A stretch of DNA of 64,000 nucleotides from Candidatus Cloacimonadales bacterium (GTDB taxonomy: Bacteria; Cloacimonadota; Cloacimonadia; Cloacimonadales; JAIOQZ01): assembly GCA_963674825.1 (NCBI GenBank), contig OY771587.1, forward strand, positions 2,304,001-2,368,000, in the 5' to 3' direction. Below, in pieces: positions 1-10,639 of this stretch (its first letter is position 1; each line of letters begins with the position of its first letter). Position numbers and translations under genes: made by a program. The notes beneath the pieces were generated by a model. That model had not been told where the DNA came from and made no database searches. It saw only the letters and a program-made list of their open reading frames with translations.

Positions 1-2
1 CA

Positions 3-506
3 GTGTTTGATTATAATGGTTTGTGGAAACACTCGATGTCGGTGGCTGAAATCGCCAAAAAAATTGCAATCGACGCAGGATCTGAAAAGGAGATGGAAGA
101 TCATGCGTTTGTAAGCGGTATGCTACACGATATCGGCAAGGTTATCATGGCCACGGAGTTTCCCGAACTTTACAGCGAAGCAATGCAGGATGCGATTAAC
201 TCGAATATCGAGCTTTATGAAGCTGAGCATAAGCGGTTTCACACCGGACATCAGGAGGTCGCAGGATATCTTCTTGGTATCTGGGGACTTCCCAATGAAA
301 TTGTGGAACCCATTGCGTTTCATCATATACCGTCGAAGGGTTACAACACAGGCTTCTCGCCACTCGCAGCCGTTCACATCGCCAATACGGTCGTGCACAA
401 AAAGGAAAAGACCAACGGAAAGCCTTCCGGCCCGGATATGGAGTTTCTGAAGTGCGCGAAACTGGAGGATCTGTTTATACGCTGGCAGAACGCCGAAGGA
501 ACGTAA
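3..506 (+). CDS. HDOD-domain signalling protein (5' partial)
   Basis: Motifs WKHS, GMLHDIGK, GHQEVAGYLLGIWGLP and IAFHH are typical of HDOD; the ORF probably starts before the window. Confidence 0.85.
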   Translation: MFDYNGLWKHSMSVAEIAKKIAIDAGSEKEMEDHAFVSGMLHDIGKVIMATEFPELYSEAMQDAINSNIELYEAEHKRFHTGHQEVAGYLLGIWGLPNEIVEPIAFHHIPSKGYNTGFSPLAAVHIANTVVHKKEKTNGKPSGPDMEFLKCAKLEDLFIRWQNAEGT

Positions 507-508
507 GT

Positions 509-1108
509 ATGCTCCACAGGATTCTATTTGTTGATGATGATCACAATCTCTTGAGTTCTTATCGCCGTCAGTATCGCCGATTGTACCAGGTCGAGACAGC
601 CGAAAACGCCGCACAAGCGCTGGAAATTCTCCAGCAGGAGCCGCCGGTCTCGGTGCTGGTTACAGACTATTCCATGCCGGACATGGATGGGATCGAGTTT
701 ATCAAGAAGAAGATGGCGTTCGATGCTCTGTCTGTACCGATTCTCATTACGGGAAAGGCTGATCTCAACATGGCAATCCGGGCGGTTAACGAAGTCTCCA
801 TTTACCGGTTTCTAACAAAGCCGGTTGAATTTGATGAGATGGTGCCAATCCTCGAAAGTGCTGTCGAGCAATTCAAGCTCAATATCGCTGTTGCAGAGGA
901 ACTGAACAAGCTCGGCTCGCCCGAGCAGACCGTAGCCATCTGTTCCCACTGCCGCAAGGTCCGCAAGGTTGAAGAAAATCCCACCGTACAAATCAACTGG
1001 AAGCACCTCGAGGTGTTCTTCACACATAATTACGGCATCGAATTCTCCCACGGCCTGTGCCCCGACTGCGTCGAAAAGATGTACAGCGAGGTGCTGAGGA
1101 AGGAGTAG
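509..1108 (+). CDS. Response regulator: receiver domain plus C-terminal Cys/His motif
   Basis: ILFVDDD, VTDYSMPDMDG and FLTKP receiver motifs; C-terminal CSHC...FSHGLCPDC; ATG at 509 lies just after the HDOD stop. Confidence 0.88.
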   Translation: MLHRILFVDDDHNLLSSYRRQYRRLYQVETAENAAQALEILQQEPPVSVLVTDYSMPDMDGIEFIKKKMAFDALSVPILITGKADLNMAIRAVNEVSIYRFLTKPVEFDEMVPILESAVEQFKLNIAVAEELNKLGSPEQTVAICSHCRKVRKVEENPTVQINWKHLEVFFTHNYGIEFSHGLCPDCVEKMYSEVLRKE

Positions 1109-1174
1109 GGATAGAACCCTATCACGACCTTCCCTTACGTAGGGTAAGGAGACGAGAGAGTTTTTCGTAGAAGG

Positions 1175-1345
1175 CATCCGCCGGCATCTTCGCCCGATCC
1201 CTCGCGACGCCGGGTAACACCACGTCTTCGAAGTGGATGAACACGGCTGCTCGCGATCGAACGAATCTGCTCGCCGTAGGGTGCGGGAATTGTGCAAATA
1301 AAAAAACCCGGCACTGACGTACCGGGCTATAAGCATTCGCTACTG
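1175..1345. repeat. ~170-bp structured direct repeat, copy 1
   Basis: Near-identical to 15077-15244 (roughly 90% by eye, with a ~60-nt identical core); long imperfect palindrome plus a terminator-like hairpin. Confidence 0.95.
1300..1326 (-). terminator. Intrinsic terminator within repeat copy 1, downstream of the giant gene
   Basis: Minus strand reads CCCGGTAC-GTCA-GTGCCGGG followed by TTTTTTT. Confidence 0.75.
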
Positions 1346-1486
1346 AAGCAGAATCAAACAAAACAACCAGGCTGTTCACATCGAGGCCGGCTTTTTGTGA
1401 ATCTTGCAGTCGATTTTTCTAACACATGGTGGCATCTTTGCCAACCCCGTGTCGCTTCACAACCACTTCATTCTGGCATGGGGATG

Positions 1487-4400
1487 TTATCTTGAAGCTT
1501 CTGTATCAGACGTTATGCGATAGAAATTCATTCCACCGGTCTGTTGGGAAGTTTCCCAGGTAATCCGGCCCATGCGGGTTCTTGTCGCTGGGCTGTCACT
1601 TCGTTCGATCGAGAAATCACCCAGTTCCGTAATTTCAACCCAGCCACCGTTCGGGTTGTCCGAATGATAGACATGATAGCTGTTCGTACCGGACACGGAA
1701 TCCCACGAAAGCTGCACCGAATTACCATCGAAGACAATTTGAACGTTCTGCGGCGCAGTAAGCCCCGCTGTTTGGATATTGAATACGTAGGGATCAAGCG
1801 GATCCCCGAGAATCTGGTTGCTGATGAACACGAGTGTATCGGATAGAGTATGGATGATGTTGAGCTCACTGTCGTAGACCCGGTAATGCATGGTCTCGTA
1901 CATTGTGTTGGCGTATTGTGTCAGGAAGAACGTCCATTGATCCATGACGAAAACGGGCTCTGCGATACCGCGACATTCGTCTCCGCAGAAAGCGGCAAGG
2001 GTGATATCCGATGTGTTGAGGATTTCTCCGTTTGCCTGGATCACGCTGGTGATATTTGATGAGTACTCGTATTCGAGTGGATTGACCTGCCAGGAAGGGT
2101 CATCACGCGGGAGTTTGATTTCTGGTTGGGCGAATACGTCCATCGCTTCGTTACATCGTGAAATCGTGTAATGTGGATACGTGAATGAGCCGCTGTTGAC
2201 AGCTTGCAGCATGTAGCCATGTCCTGGATTCATGAAACGCAGAGAGCCGATCCATCCGTATCCTTCGATGTATTGCGCGAACGAACGCTGGCTCTTGATC
2301 ACGTCACCGGTTGCCTGGTTTGTAATCCCAGCTAAAGCCTCATCAACGGAAATACTGACGTGCGGAATATACCCGATCCAGTTCCAACCCGAGCCATACT
2401 CGATCAATGTCGTTTCCGGATCTTCCAGCATACCCGTATGGCGCAGGTTGTCGTTGCTGGAAAGGTTGAGCTTGAACATTCCGACCGTGTTTAGAGAATC
2501 AAGAGTCCCCACCCAGCCGGATGACGTCGTGAATTGAGCGTAGGCGGTCTGACTCTTGATAAGGTCGCCGTCGGTACAGTTGAGGCTTTGCAAGACATCG
2601 TCGAGCGTCATCGAATTCTCATTTACAAGGTTGAGACTGAGCCATGTCCAGCCGTTTGCGCAGTCGATTTCCTGTACGAGCGCACCGCTAACGTGTATTG
2701 TATCGGGCAGAATGGGCGATCCAAAGGTTGCTCCCGAAAGGAACGAATAGCTTTCGTCGATACCGTAGTATTCCTTCGCCTGGGAGTTGTCCCATACGCG
2801 GAATTGAAGCGCTTCACCATACTCTACATCGCTGTGGATGGTGAGGAAAAACTGCCATACGCCTTCCAGATATTCGACAAATTCGGTCTGCGCGACGCCA
2901 CGGCATTCCCAATCTCCTTGCGGCGATTGGATAAATGCGCCGATGATGTCGAAAGGATCTTCCGAAACCTCTTCTTCGATCATTATGCAACCTGTAATTG
3001 ACATCGTGTAATCGTAGTTGAGATCCCAGGTCGACGCCCAGGACGGTGGATTGGCGAGTACACTCACTTCTACCGTGAGAGGTTCATTGCCAAAACCGGG
3101 TATTACCGCATTCAGCGTTCCTTCGTAGCTCCCGAAGCCAATCTGCGAGCTGACGGTGAACGAAATCGTCTCAGAATCGAGTGGTGCGAGCTGTCCTTCC
3201 ATCGGCTGTGCGGACAACCATGCAGGGAGGTCTTCGAGCGTGAAATCGCATGTTTGTCCACCGTCGTTGACGAGGTCAACTTCGAAAGTCGCCTCTTCCC
3301 CCAGCGGCTTGATCAGTTCGATCTTGGTCGTGCTCCAGCCAATCGGACTCGCATTAACATAGAACCGCCACTCGATGGGGTCTGCGATGCGGTTGCCATA
3401 TAGATCGGAAATACCTGTAACACGCGCTATCAGTGTGTGATTTTCCAGCCAGGAGTTATCCCAGTCCGGGACAATTGAAAGCTCGGAATCGTCGATCTGA
3501 ACCGTAATGTCAATCTCGTTGCCGCCCTCGAATTGCAAGCTGACACCATCCGGCAGAACGCTCCCGGGGTCGATTGCTTCATTGAAACGTACGCAAATGA
3601 TATCATCCGGGCCAAGAAGGTCGTCAACCGGTTCAGGAACACCCCAGACCTCCGGTGGTTCTCGATCGATGACACCGTTGAGTGCTGTGGTATGGTAGTT
3701 CGTATGAATGGAGTCCACCGCGACGGCGCGGATCTGATACATCCCATCCGTTATGCCGCTGACATCCCAATCTTCGACAATGTAATGCGGGTGAACCTCC
3801 AGCGAATCGCGTACGATTTCGAGTCCTGGTATCCAAAGGGATTCATTCGGATCGCGGTATTCGAGTTTAAGTGATTGCAATGTTGAAATGGACGTATCGT
3901 ATCCTGTAAGAATGACCTCCAGCATGTTACCGCATTCCTGGTTCAGAATCCAGCCTTCCTCCGGTTGCAGGATTTCGACTAGGCTGTATGGCGTTTCCCA
4001 TGAAACGCCGAAGGATCTGAAGATATCGAAAAAGTGCCCGTCTGGACCGCTGTTACCGCGATCTCCTTCAGCGTAGAACTCCAGCGTCAAGCCTGAGATT
4101 TGGTAGCTTCCCGGGCCCTGTTCAATGGTCATGTAGGCCGTTGCGGTTTCTCCACCTTCGATATCGAAAGCCATCGCACCTTCCAGCGGAACTCCATTGA
4201 CCCTCACCGTTGCGCCAGTAGGATTGGTGCCGTGCTGCACTTCGAGGTAGTAACGCCTATCTTCGCCAGACTGGCTACTATTACCCAAGTAAAGCGCGAA
4301 GACAGCCGCGCTACCATTTTGAAGCCCTCCGATGCTGTCAGCGCTTGCTCCGAAAGTAACGCCGTCACGGGGAAGCGTCTCCGGTTCCCACGGGCAGGAG

Positions 4401-7400
4401 GAAGCTCCGGCGATCAGATCGAACACCGGCGTTCCATAGACGGGATCCTTGCCGATATCGAGGGTGAAGTAATCGGGGATCTCGTTCAGTTCCGAAGTCA
4501 GATCATCATCACCCAGCACGAACGTGCAGGAGGTGGTGTTTTCCACGGTCGTCGTTTGCGATGAACCAATCGTCAGAGATGCATCGAACGTGTATCCCAA
4601 TTCGCTTCCGATGCCATTGACCGTTCCGCCGATCAGTAAACCGAATTCATTGCTCACGGTAGCCTCGAATTCGTATACCGTCGCTTCGGAAAGCGTCGTC
4701 TCTTCACTGTAGGTATACCCAGCGCCGGCGTTGAATGATACATTTCCCGGGTGGTTCGGATTCGTTTCCGGGTGCGTCCGGTTCCATGAGTTCATATCGA
4801 TGATATCCTGCCATTTCTCGGCGGCGGCATATTGCCCGATCATGATCAGATTCGGAATCACGTTGTTTAGTATCTGGTGTTCAGTATAGAAATACTGCGT
4901 CGCAAATCCGTCCGGAGTGACCATGATGTCTTGTCCTTCGAGCACGCTGGAAGTGGAATCGATCCAGCTTATCGTTTTCGTGACACCCCATATGAGGTTG
5001 ACCGCGCCACCGATATAGAGATCCGCATCGGGGCCGATAATCTCGTCCGAATCGGAGGTGTTGTATTCCTGCGAGGTCGTGAAGGTGATCGATTGTTCAT
5101 AGCTGTCGTTATAGCTCGATGTCGTCGAAATACCGCTCTCGTAGTCATCGGTAAGGTCGATGTCCGTTTCGACACAAAAGAACAATCCCGAGGATGAGGT
5201 GAAGTCCAGGCCCAGGTGAATGGCTTTGTAGGTGTTTGAGGTGGTATCCGTACAGACGCTGGAACCAATGGATACGGTATGACTGCTGCTTTCGCAGAAA
5301 CTTGCATAGCTCTGGTCGCCGGGAGGGTCGTGGAGGATCATGAAGGGGAGTTCGGGCGATGTGGTCGCGTAAGTGTTCTCCAGTGGACGAACACCCTGTG
5401 TCAGAGCCCAGTCCGTGTGTGCCATCGAGCGATCCAGATCGTTGTCTGTTACCGTAAACACGATCCTGTTTTGGTATTGTCGTTCATAGCCGGACAAGAT
5501 GTTGGGCAGATAGGGGGCAAAAGTATAGACGTATCCCGATTCACTCGATATCGTTCCGTCTGTACCTCCGGTGCTGCCGATCTCGTCATTTATGGAAATA
5601 CTGCAGTTCGTCAGATAGCTTATCTGATCCATGTGTCCTTCGAATCGGTAATCTTCCAGCGCTTTCACAATCACGTTATACCAATGATTTTGTTGCAGGA
5701 CGTAGAATTCGTAAGAGGGCGCACCATCGAAGTGCTTCAGTTCCAGTTCGGAATCCCAGGATACTTCCAGCTCCATGGGTGCATGCCAGTTGAAGCAAAG
5801 CGTGTCGATCTGGCCGATTTCTGCTTCTTCGAGTGAGACGACCTGTGTCCTGATGTCCTGAAAGAAAGCGTCGATGGCCAAATCGAAGGGATCATCTCCA
5901 GACGGACTGACCGTAACGCTGTAGTTCAAGGGTGGAATATCCGCGATAATAATGCGACCGTCACTCCAGGTGTTGTCCGTATTGATAGCGGTATAGCATC
6001 CGCATATGGAGGTAGTGGTAACGTCGAACGAGCCCAGTGGCCACGCATCACTTCCGCCGGTGACCTGCACGCATAAATCCGTTGTGAACATGTCGTAGAA
6101 ATTGATGTTCGAGACCGGAGCGGTAACGCTTTGCAGATTCCAGAACGTACGATGGAACCAGTGATCTCGATAGGACGCAGAGACAATGCAGGTTTGGCTG
6201 GGATTCACCTCAAATACGTAGTAGCCGTCCGAGTCCGTAGTCGCCACAGCCGTTGAATCGCCCTCAAGAGAATCCCTCAAGTATATGGTTGCACCCACGA
6301 CAGGGCAGGTGGTGCCATTGTACATGACATGGCCGGATAGCGGGATGTAGGAATTATCGACAAAATCGATTCCGTTCGCAGCCGTGTTACTCGGGTTGAG
6401 CGTGACCAGTATCTGCTGGGGTTGGAATCCGTGTCCGGTGAGGGTAGGAATCACGTGGAAGGTAGTTCCGTTACCGTAAGGAATCTGAGTAATCGAGTAC
6501 AATCCATATTCGTCGGTAACAGCTCCAAGGGTGATTTCGGCAGTCTCGCCCGACCATGTGCAGCCGCTTGCCGAGCCGTGATGACAGTAGTTTGTGGCGT
6601 CGAAGAGGTCGTCTCCCTGGCTTTCGTTCAATGGCCAGTACCCCATCAGCCCATCGCTGTTGTAGGAGGCAGTGATGTTCATCGTGCTGAGGATTTCAGG
6701 CATGCTCCTGCTGATATTCCAGATGCGGATATCATCCAGACTTCCCACAAAACCACTTCCAGACTGAATGTCACTGAGCGTGTTGTTCGCAAACGTATAG
6801 AGGCTGTCCAGAGATGCCAACGTTCCATCCAGATACATAAATACTTTCGTGTTGGTGAAATCGTTAACCACAGCGACATGGTGCCATTCGTCATCGCAGA
6901 CATCGATAGCGGATCCCTGCTGCTCGATCGTATTGAGCCCGTCTGTAAAAATCAGCTTCCCTGACGAATCGATACTCAGTTGATACGGGCCGCGAAACAG
7001 GATCGTCTGGTTATCCTGCGAGGTCTTGAACCAGCATTCCAAAGTGAAATCGTAGTCCAGATCGACTTGCGGATCGGGCAATGTAATCGAAGCGGTTGCA
7101 TTGAGCACAAGGCAGTAGGAAGGTGATGGGTCGAGCGCTACGGTAACGCCGGGGGATGGGTTGTTGTTCAGCGTCAGGATGGAGCCGGTGATGATGCCGT
7201 CTGGTTTGATGAAGCCGCTGTTCTTGCGTGATCGTCCCGATTCGGAGAGGTAGAAGGCTTCGATTTCGTACAGGTAGATTTCTCCCGGTGAGACATTGTC
7301 GTCATCCATCTCGAGGGTGCTTGGGGAGGTGGAGCCGATCTGTACATTGTCGCGATAGATACGGAATCCATCGGGTTGTGGCTGATACGATTCGTCGATC

Positions 7401-10400
7401 TGCCATTCGATATGGACATACCCGGCATAGTCGTTGCTGCCATCGGAAGCATCGACCGCGACGGGGGCCTTGCAACCATCGAACTCAAAAGCGCCGATAT
7501 CGATGCGGTCATAGGGTGATCTGCCCCCGGCAGGATGCTCGTGAATACGCGGATTCCCGCTAAAATCCAGTTCCGGGAGATCGAGCCCTGTCGTGTCGGG
7601 CAGTCCGGCGTTCAATGCCGGTGACCATGCTTCGAGTGAATAATCGTGGCTTGCCGCGTTGGCAAAGCATGGATTGTCGGATATAACTTCCGTTCCCGGA
7701 TAGCCGCCGCTGACGATGCTGTAATAGAATGCGTCTTCGAGGGTGGACGGGTAGATGAGATTCTCCGGATCGCCCCAAACGATGGAATTGCGTACGCTCA
7801 TAGCCAGGATGATGTCCGCGTATATTGCTTCGGCAGTGGATGCGGAATTCTGAAGAACATCGCAGTTGGTCAGTTCGATATTCGAATCGTCGTTGTAGAT
7901 CGCGCCACCATAGAGCGATGCGCTATTCACATCGAGAATGCAATTGATCAGCTCCAGTCTGGTGTCTTTTACGTAGAAAGCTCCGCCGTTCTGAGCGTTA
8001 CCCTGCGTGATATGACAGTTTCGCATTCGGAGTCTCGGTTCGGTTCCTGAACTGGCATCACCATCCAGGTAAATATTGCCACCATTAGTTCCTTGGCCGT
8101 ATTCTACTGTGCAGCATTCCATTCGGGAGCTGTTGGCGTGGGAATCACCATCCTGTAGAAAATGCAGACCTTCCCAGCCTGAACCAGGAGAAACAGCGGT
8201 AAAGGTGATGACGCTGTCCGGTGTTCCCTCGGCGATCAGTGCGCCGTATAGGTTCAATGTGATTCCGCTGGCGAAGCTGAGGGTAACGCCCGGACTGATG
8301 GTAAGCGTGTTTCCGTAAGCAAGGTTAAATGTATCATTGAGCTGAACATCCTGATCGATCGTGAGGGTGGGCAGCCATGGCGAGAAATCCTGATACTCGA
8401 CAGCACCAATATCGATTGTGTCGAATGCGCTGCCCAGCACGCCACTATAACCATTGCTGTTATAACGGTCGTTTCCGTTTAGATCGAGTAGTGCATCACC
8501 CTCGAGCACGGTATTCGGGTCACCGGTGTTTATGCAGGGTGAATTGACGTTGAGGTCGTAGCTGAAGGTGGAGAGGTTTTCGATTAGCGGCAGCGCGTCG
8601 ATGCAGCCAGTAATTGTGCCGGAGGTGCCGCTCAACGCGCCGGAGGAATAACCGGAGATGTTGCAGTAGTAGAAGCTACTTGATCCTGATATATCGAACG
8701 AGCTGCTATTATCCCAGACGATGTTGTTGCGGTATATCTGCGCATTTCTGCTGTAAATTCCGCCACCGGAGCTCGCGCTGTTGTTGACAACGGTACAATT
8801 CGTCATTTCGAGCAGTGGGGAAGATGTGCCGGTGAAGTGGCATCCACCACCATCTCCATACGACGTATTGCTGTTGAAGAGTGAATTGATGATTTTACAT
8901 CCGGAACTCAGTGCATAGATCGCCCCACCACTGCTTGCTTCGTTCCCCACGAATGAGCAATTGATGATCTCTGGTGAAGAAGATGAGATTGCGCAGATCG
9001 CCCCCCCGGGAGAACCATCGGCGACATTGGTGTCGAAAAGGCAGCGGATGATTCTTGGTGAACTGCCTTCGAGGTAGATAGCGCCACCACCGACATCTGC
9101 TGTGTTGCTGAGAAACGTGCAGTTGCGCAGAAGCAGATGATCATTTTGTTCCACGTGAAGCGCGCCACCGAGTAGATTCGTTGCACCATAAAACTCGCAG
9201 AAAACAAACTTACTGGAATCCCCGGTCGTGCTGATGTATTGGATTCCACCCCAAGAAGGAGTGCCGAAGAAATCGATCTCCTGCGATTCGGTACCGATGG
9301 CCAGGATGCGGCCGTTTTCGACAGAGATAGTACACTGTTCGGTAAATTGGACACTCACCCCCGGATCAATGGTCAGGGTCGCGCCGTTCTGAATCACGAC
9401 ATTTCGTCCAAGCGTCTGATCGGTTGACCACTGAGTATTCGTATCGATGACCAGGTCTTCGATCGGGATGAAGTTCTCGTAGTTCTGCCATTTAAGGAAG
9501 GGATAGCCGTTGTTCTCAGCCGGGTTGATTCCCCAGTAGTTATTGGTCCCATTAGCCGATTCTTCCATCCAATCCCATCCGCTATCGAGGAATGTCGAAG
9601 CCGTCTTCATTTCTACCGTGGACTTGCCGGTCCCCCCGGCGCTGGATGAAAGTCCGCTGGCTTCCGTGTCCCAAAACGAGTCCGTCACGGAGCAGTTTCC
9701 AGTGTAGTCGCTTCCGATCAATCCTCCTACAGACGAATTCCCTGCAACCGATCCGATGCTGTAGCTGTTGTCAACCGTTGCGCTGTTTCGCATGCAGCCG
9801 GAAAATCCGCCGACTCGAATCGCCGCCCCGGTTACGCTGCTCCAGCTATAGCAATCATGCACGCTGGAATTGTCGATATTGCCGCATAAACCACCGACGT
9901 TATATCCCGTACCATATACATCGCCAGTGGAGAAGCAGCAGCTAATCACACTCCCAATGCAACCGCCAAGAATTCCTCCAACGGAAGTGCTTCCGCTCAC
10001 ATCTGAAACCGACGAGCATTTATCCACAGACGAGTTATCTGCATCTCCAACGATACCTCCGCCGCCATTCGAGAAGCTGATAATGGTTACCTCTGTTGTG
10101 CAGGATCCTAAGTAGGTAGTGTTGTCGATCTGGCCGGCAATTCCTCCAACTCGATACCCCCCCTGGATGGTTCCGGTCAAATCGCAGCCCGTGATGTAGG
10201 AATCCGTGGCATACCCGATCAATCCACCTACCCGGTTTGCGCCGATTACGCTGAAGTTGGTAACTTCAGTATACTCGATCACGGCGTCGTCAAGGTAACC
10301 GAAAAGGCCCTGATAGTCGCTGGAACCACGCGCAATCGATAATCCATCGATGCTTCCGAAATAGCCGTTGAATTCACCAGTGAAGGGTGTCGACGCATTT

Positions 10401-10639
10401 CCAATCGGTGAAAATCCTTCTCCGCCATTCCAGCTTGCGGTTCCGGACGCGTCGATATTGGCCCTCAGCTCGAAGAAGCTCCCCCAGCAAGAGCTGTTCG
10501 TGCTAACCCAGAGAAGGTGATCCAGCGTTGTAATAAGATACGGTTCGCTGGACGATCCCGATCCGGGAGGTTGAGTTCCGTCTGCGAACAAGATTGCGCA
10601 GAATATTGATATAAAAGTGAATAAAAGAATCTTACGCAT
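1487..10639 (-). CDS. Giant (~3,050 aa) secreted modular protein: GLUG-like repeats, two beta-helix blocks, FN3, LamG, Ig-like/BACON-like domains, duplicated C-terminal modules
   Basis: Uninterrupted ORF; GGAGG RBS and signal peptide MRKILLFTFISIFCAILFA; VGGLIG repeats; GGAIY beta-helix repeats ending in DIGAxE; LamG motifs WHHVAVV, LDDIRIWN and GYWPLNE. Confidence 0.9.
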   Translation of the reverse strand: MRKILLFTFISIFCAILFADGTQPPGSGSSSEPYLITTLDHLLWVSTNSSCWGSFFELRANIDASGTASWNGGEGFSPIGNASTPFTGEFNGYFGSIDGLSIARGSSDYQGLFGYLDDAVIEYTEVTNFSVIGANRVGGLIGYATDSYITGCDLTGTIQGGYRVGGIAGQIDNTTYLGSCTTEVTIISFSNGGGGIVGDADNSSVDKCSSVSDVSGSTSVGGILGGCIGSVISCCFSTGDVYGTGYNVGGLCGNIDNSSVHDCYSWSSVTGAAIRVGGFSGCMRNSATVDNSYSIGSVAGNSSVGGLIGSDYTGNCSVTDSFWDTEASGLSSSAGGTGKSTVEMKTASTFLDSGWDWMEESANGTNNYWGINPAENNGYPFLKWQNYENFIPIEDLVIDTNTQWSTDQTLGRNVVIQNGATLTIDPGVSVQFTEQCTISVENGRILAIGTESQEIDFFGTPSWGGIQYISTTGDSSKFVFCEFYGATNLLGGALHVEQNDHLLLRNCTFLSNTADVGGGAIYLEGSSPRIIRCLFDTNVADGSPGGAICAISSSSPEIINCSFVGNEASSGGAIYALSSGCKIINSLFNSNTSYGDGGGCHFTGTSSPLLEMTNCTVVNNSASSGGGIYSRNAQIYRNNIVWDNSSSFDISGSSSFYYCNISGYSSGALSGTSGTITGCIDALPLIENLSTFSYDLNVNSPCINTGDPNTVLEGDALLDLNGNDRYNSNGYSGVLGSAFDTIDIGAVEYQDFSPWLPTLTIDQDVQLNDTFNLAYGNTLTISPGVTLSFASGITLNLYGALIAEGTPDSVITFTAVSPGSGWEGLHFLQDGDSHANSSRMECCTVEYGQGTNGGNIYLDGDASSGTEPRLRMRNCHITQGNAQNGGAFYVKDTRLELINCILDVNSASLYGGAIYNDDSNIELTNCDVLQNSASTAEAIYADIILAMSVRNSIVWGDPENLIYPSTLEDAFYYSIVSGGYPGTEVISDNPCFANAASHDYSLEAWSPALNAGLPDTTGLDLPELDFSGNPRIHEHPAGGRSPYDRIDIGAFEFDGCKAPVAVDASDGSNDYAGYVHIEWQIDESYQPQPDGFRIYRDNVQIGSTSPSTLEMDDDNVSPGEIYLYEIEAFYLSESGRSRKNSGFIKPDGIITGSILTLNNNPSPGVTVALDPSPSYCLVLNATASITLPDPQVDLDYDFTLECWFKTSQDNQTILFRGPYQLSIDSSGKLIFTDGLNTIEQQGSAIDVCDDEWHHVAVVNDFTNTKVFMYLDGTLASLDSLYTFANNTLSDIQSGSGFVGSLDDIRIWNISRSMPEILSTMNITASYNSDGLMGYWPLNESQGDDLFDATNYCHHGSASGCTWSGETAEITLGAVTDEYGLYSITQIPYGNGTTFHVIPTLTGHGFQPQQILVTLNPSNTAANGIDFVDNSYIPLSGHVMYNGTTCPVVGATIYLRDSLEGDSTAVATTDSDGYYVFEVNPSQTCIVSASYRDHWFHRTFWNLQSVTAPVSNINFYDMFTTDLCVQVTGGSDAWPLGSFDVTTTSICGCYTAINTDNTWSDGRIIIADIPPLNYSVTVSPSGDDPFDLAIDAFFQDIRTQVVSLEEAEIGQIDTLCFNWHAPMELEVSWDSELELKHFDGAPSYEFYVLQQNHWYNVIVKALEDYRFEGHMDQISYLTNCSISINDEIGSTGGTDGTISSESGYVYTFAPYLPNILSGYERQYQNRIVFTVTDNDLDRSMAHTDWALTQGVRPLENTYATTSPELPFMILHDPPGDQSYASFCESSSHTVSIGSSVCTDTTSNTYKAIHLGLDFTSSSGLFFCVETDIDLTDDYESGISTTSSYNDSYEQSITFTTSQEYNTSDSDEIIGPDADLYIGGAVNLIWGVTKTISWIDSTSSVLEGQDIMVTPDGFATQYFYTEHQILNNVIPNLIMIGQYAAAEKWQDIIDMNSWNRTHPETNPNHPGNVSFNAGAGYTYSEETTLSEATVYEFEATVSNEFGLLIGGTVNGIGSELGYTFDASLTIGSSQTTTVENTTSCTFVLGDDDLTSELNEIPDYFTLDIGKDPVYGTPVFDLIAGASSCPWEPETLPRDGVTFGASADSIGGLQNGSAAVFALYLGNSSQSGEDRRYYLEVQHGTNPTGATVRVNGVPLEGAMAFDIEGGETATAYMTIEQGPGSYQISGLTLEFYAEGDRGNSGPDGHFFDIFRSFGVSWETPYSLVEILQPEEGWILNQECGNMLEVILTGYDTSISTLQSLKLEYRDPNESLWIPGLEIVRDSLEVHPHYIVEDWDVSGITDGMYQIRAVAVDSIHTNYHTTALNGVIDREPPEVWGVPEPVDDLLGPDDIICVRFNEAIDPGSVLPDGVSLQFEGGNEIDITVQIDDSELSIVPDWDNSWLENHTLIARVTGISDLYGNRIADPIEWRFYVNASPIGWSTTKIELIKPLGEEATFEVDLVNDGGQTCDFTLEDLPAWLSAQPMEGQLAPLDSETISFTVSSQIGFGSYEGTLNAVIPGFGNEPLTVEVSVLANPPSWASTWDLNYDYTMSITGCIMIEEEVSEDPFDIIGAFIQSPQGDWECRGVAQTEFVEYLEGVWQFFLTIHSDVEYGEALQFRVWDNSQAKEYYGIDESYSFLSGATFGSPILPDTIHVSGALVQEIDCANGWTWLSLNLVNENSMTLDDVLQSLNCTDGDLIKSQTAYAQFTTSSGWVGTLDSLNTVGMFKLNLSSNDNLRHTGMLEDPETTLIEYGSGWNWIGYIPHVSISVDEALAGITNQATGDVIKSQRSFAQYIEGYGWIGSLRFMNPGHGYMLQAVNSGSFTYPHYTISRCNEAMDVFAQPEIKLPRDDPSWQVNPLEYEYSSNITSVIQANGEILNTSDITLAAFCGDECRGIAEPVFVMDQWTFFLTQYANTMYETMHYRVYDSELNIIHTLSDTLVFISNQILGDPLDPYVFNIQTAGLTAPQNVQIVFDGNSVQLSWDSVSGTNSYHVYHSDNPNGGWVEITELGDFSIERSDSPATRTRMGRITWETSQQTGGMNFYRITSDTEASR

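Noticed and set aside
1175..1345. Repeat as integron attC site, CRISPR repeat or hammerhead ribozyme
   Set aside because: No RYYYAAC/GTTRRRY ends or integrase, no spacer array, and no CUGAUGA...GAAA core.
1122..1379. Short ORFs sharing ASRFVRSRAAVFIHFEDVVL in both repeat copies (also 15015-15212)
   Set aside because: Starts and ends differ, the core differences are non-synonymous, and a terminator lies at or inside their 5' part; better explained as a non-coding repeat.
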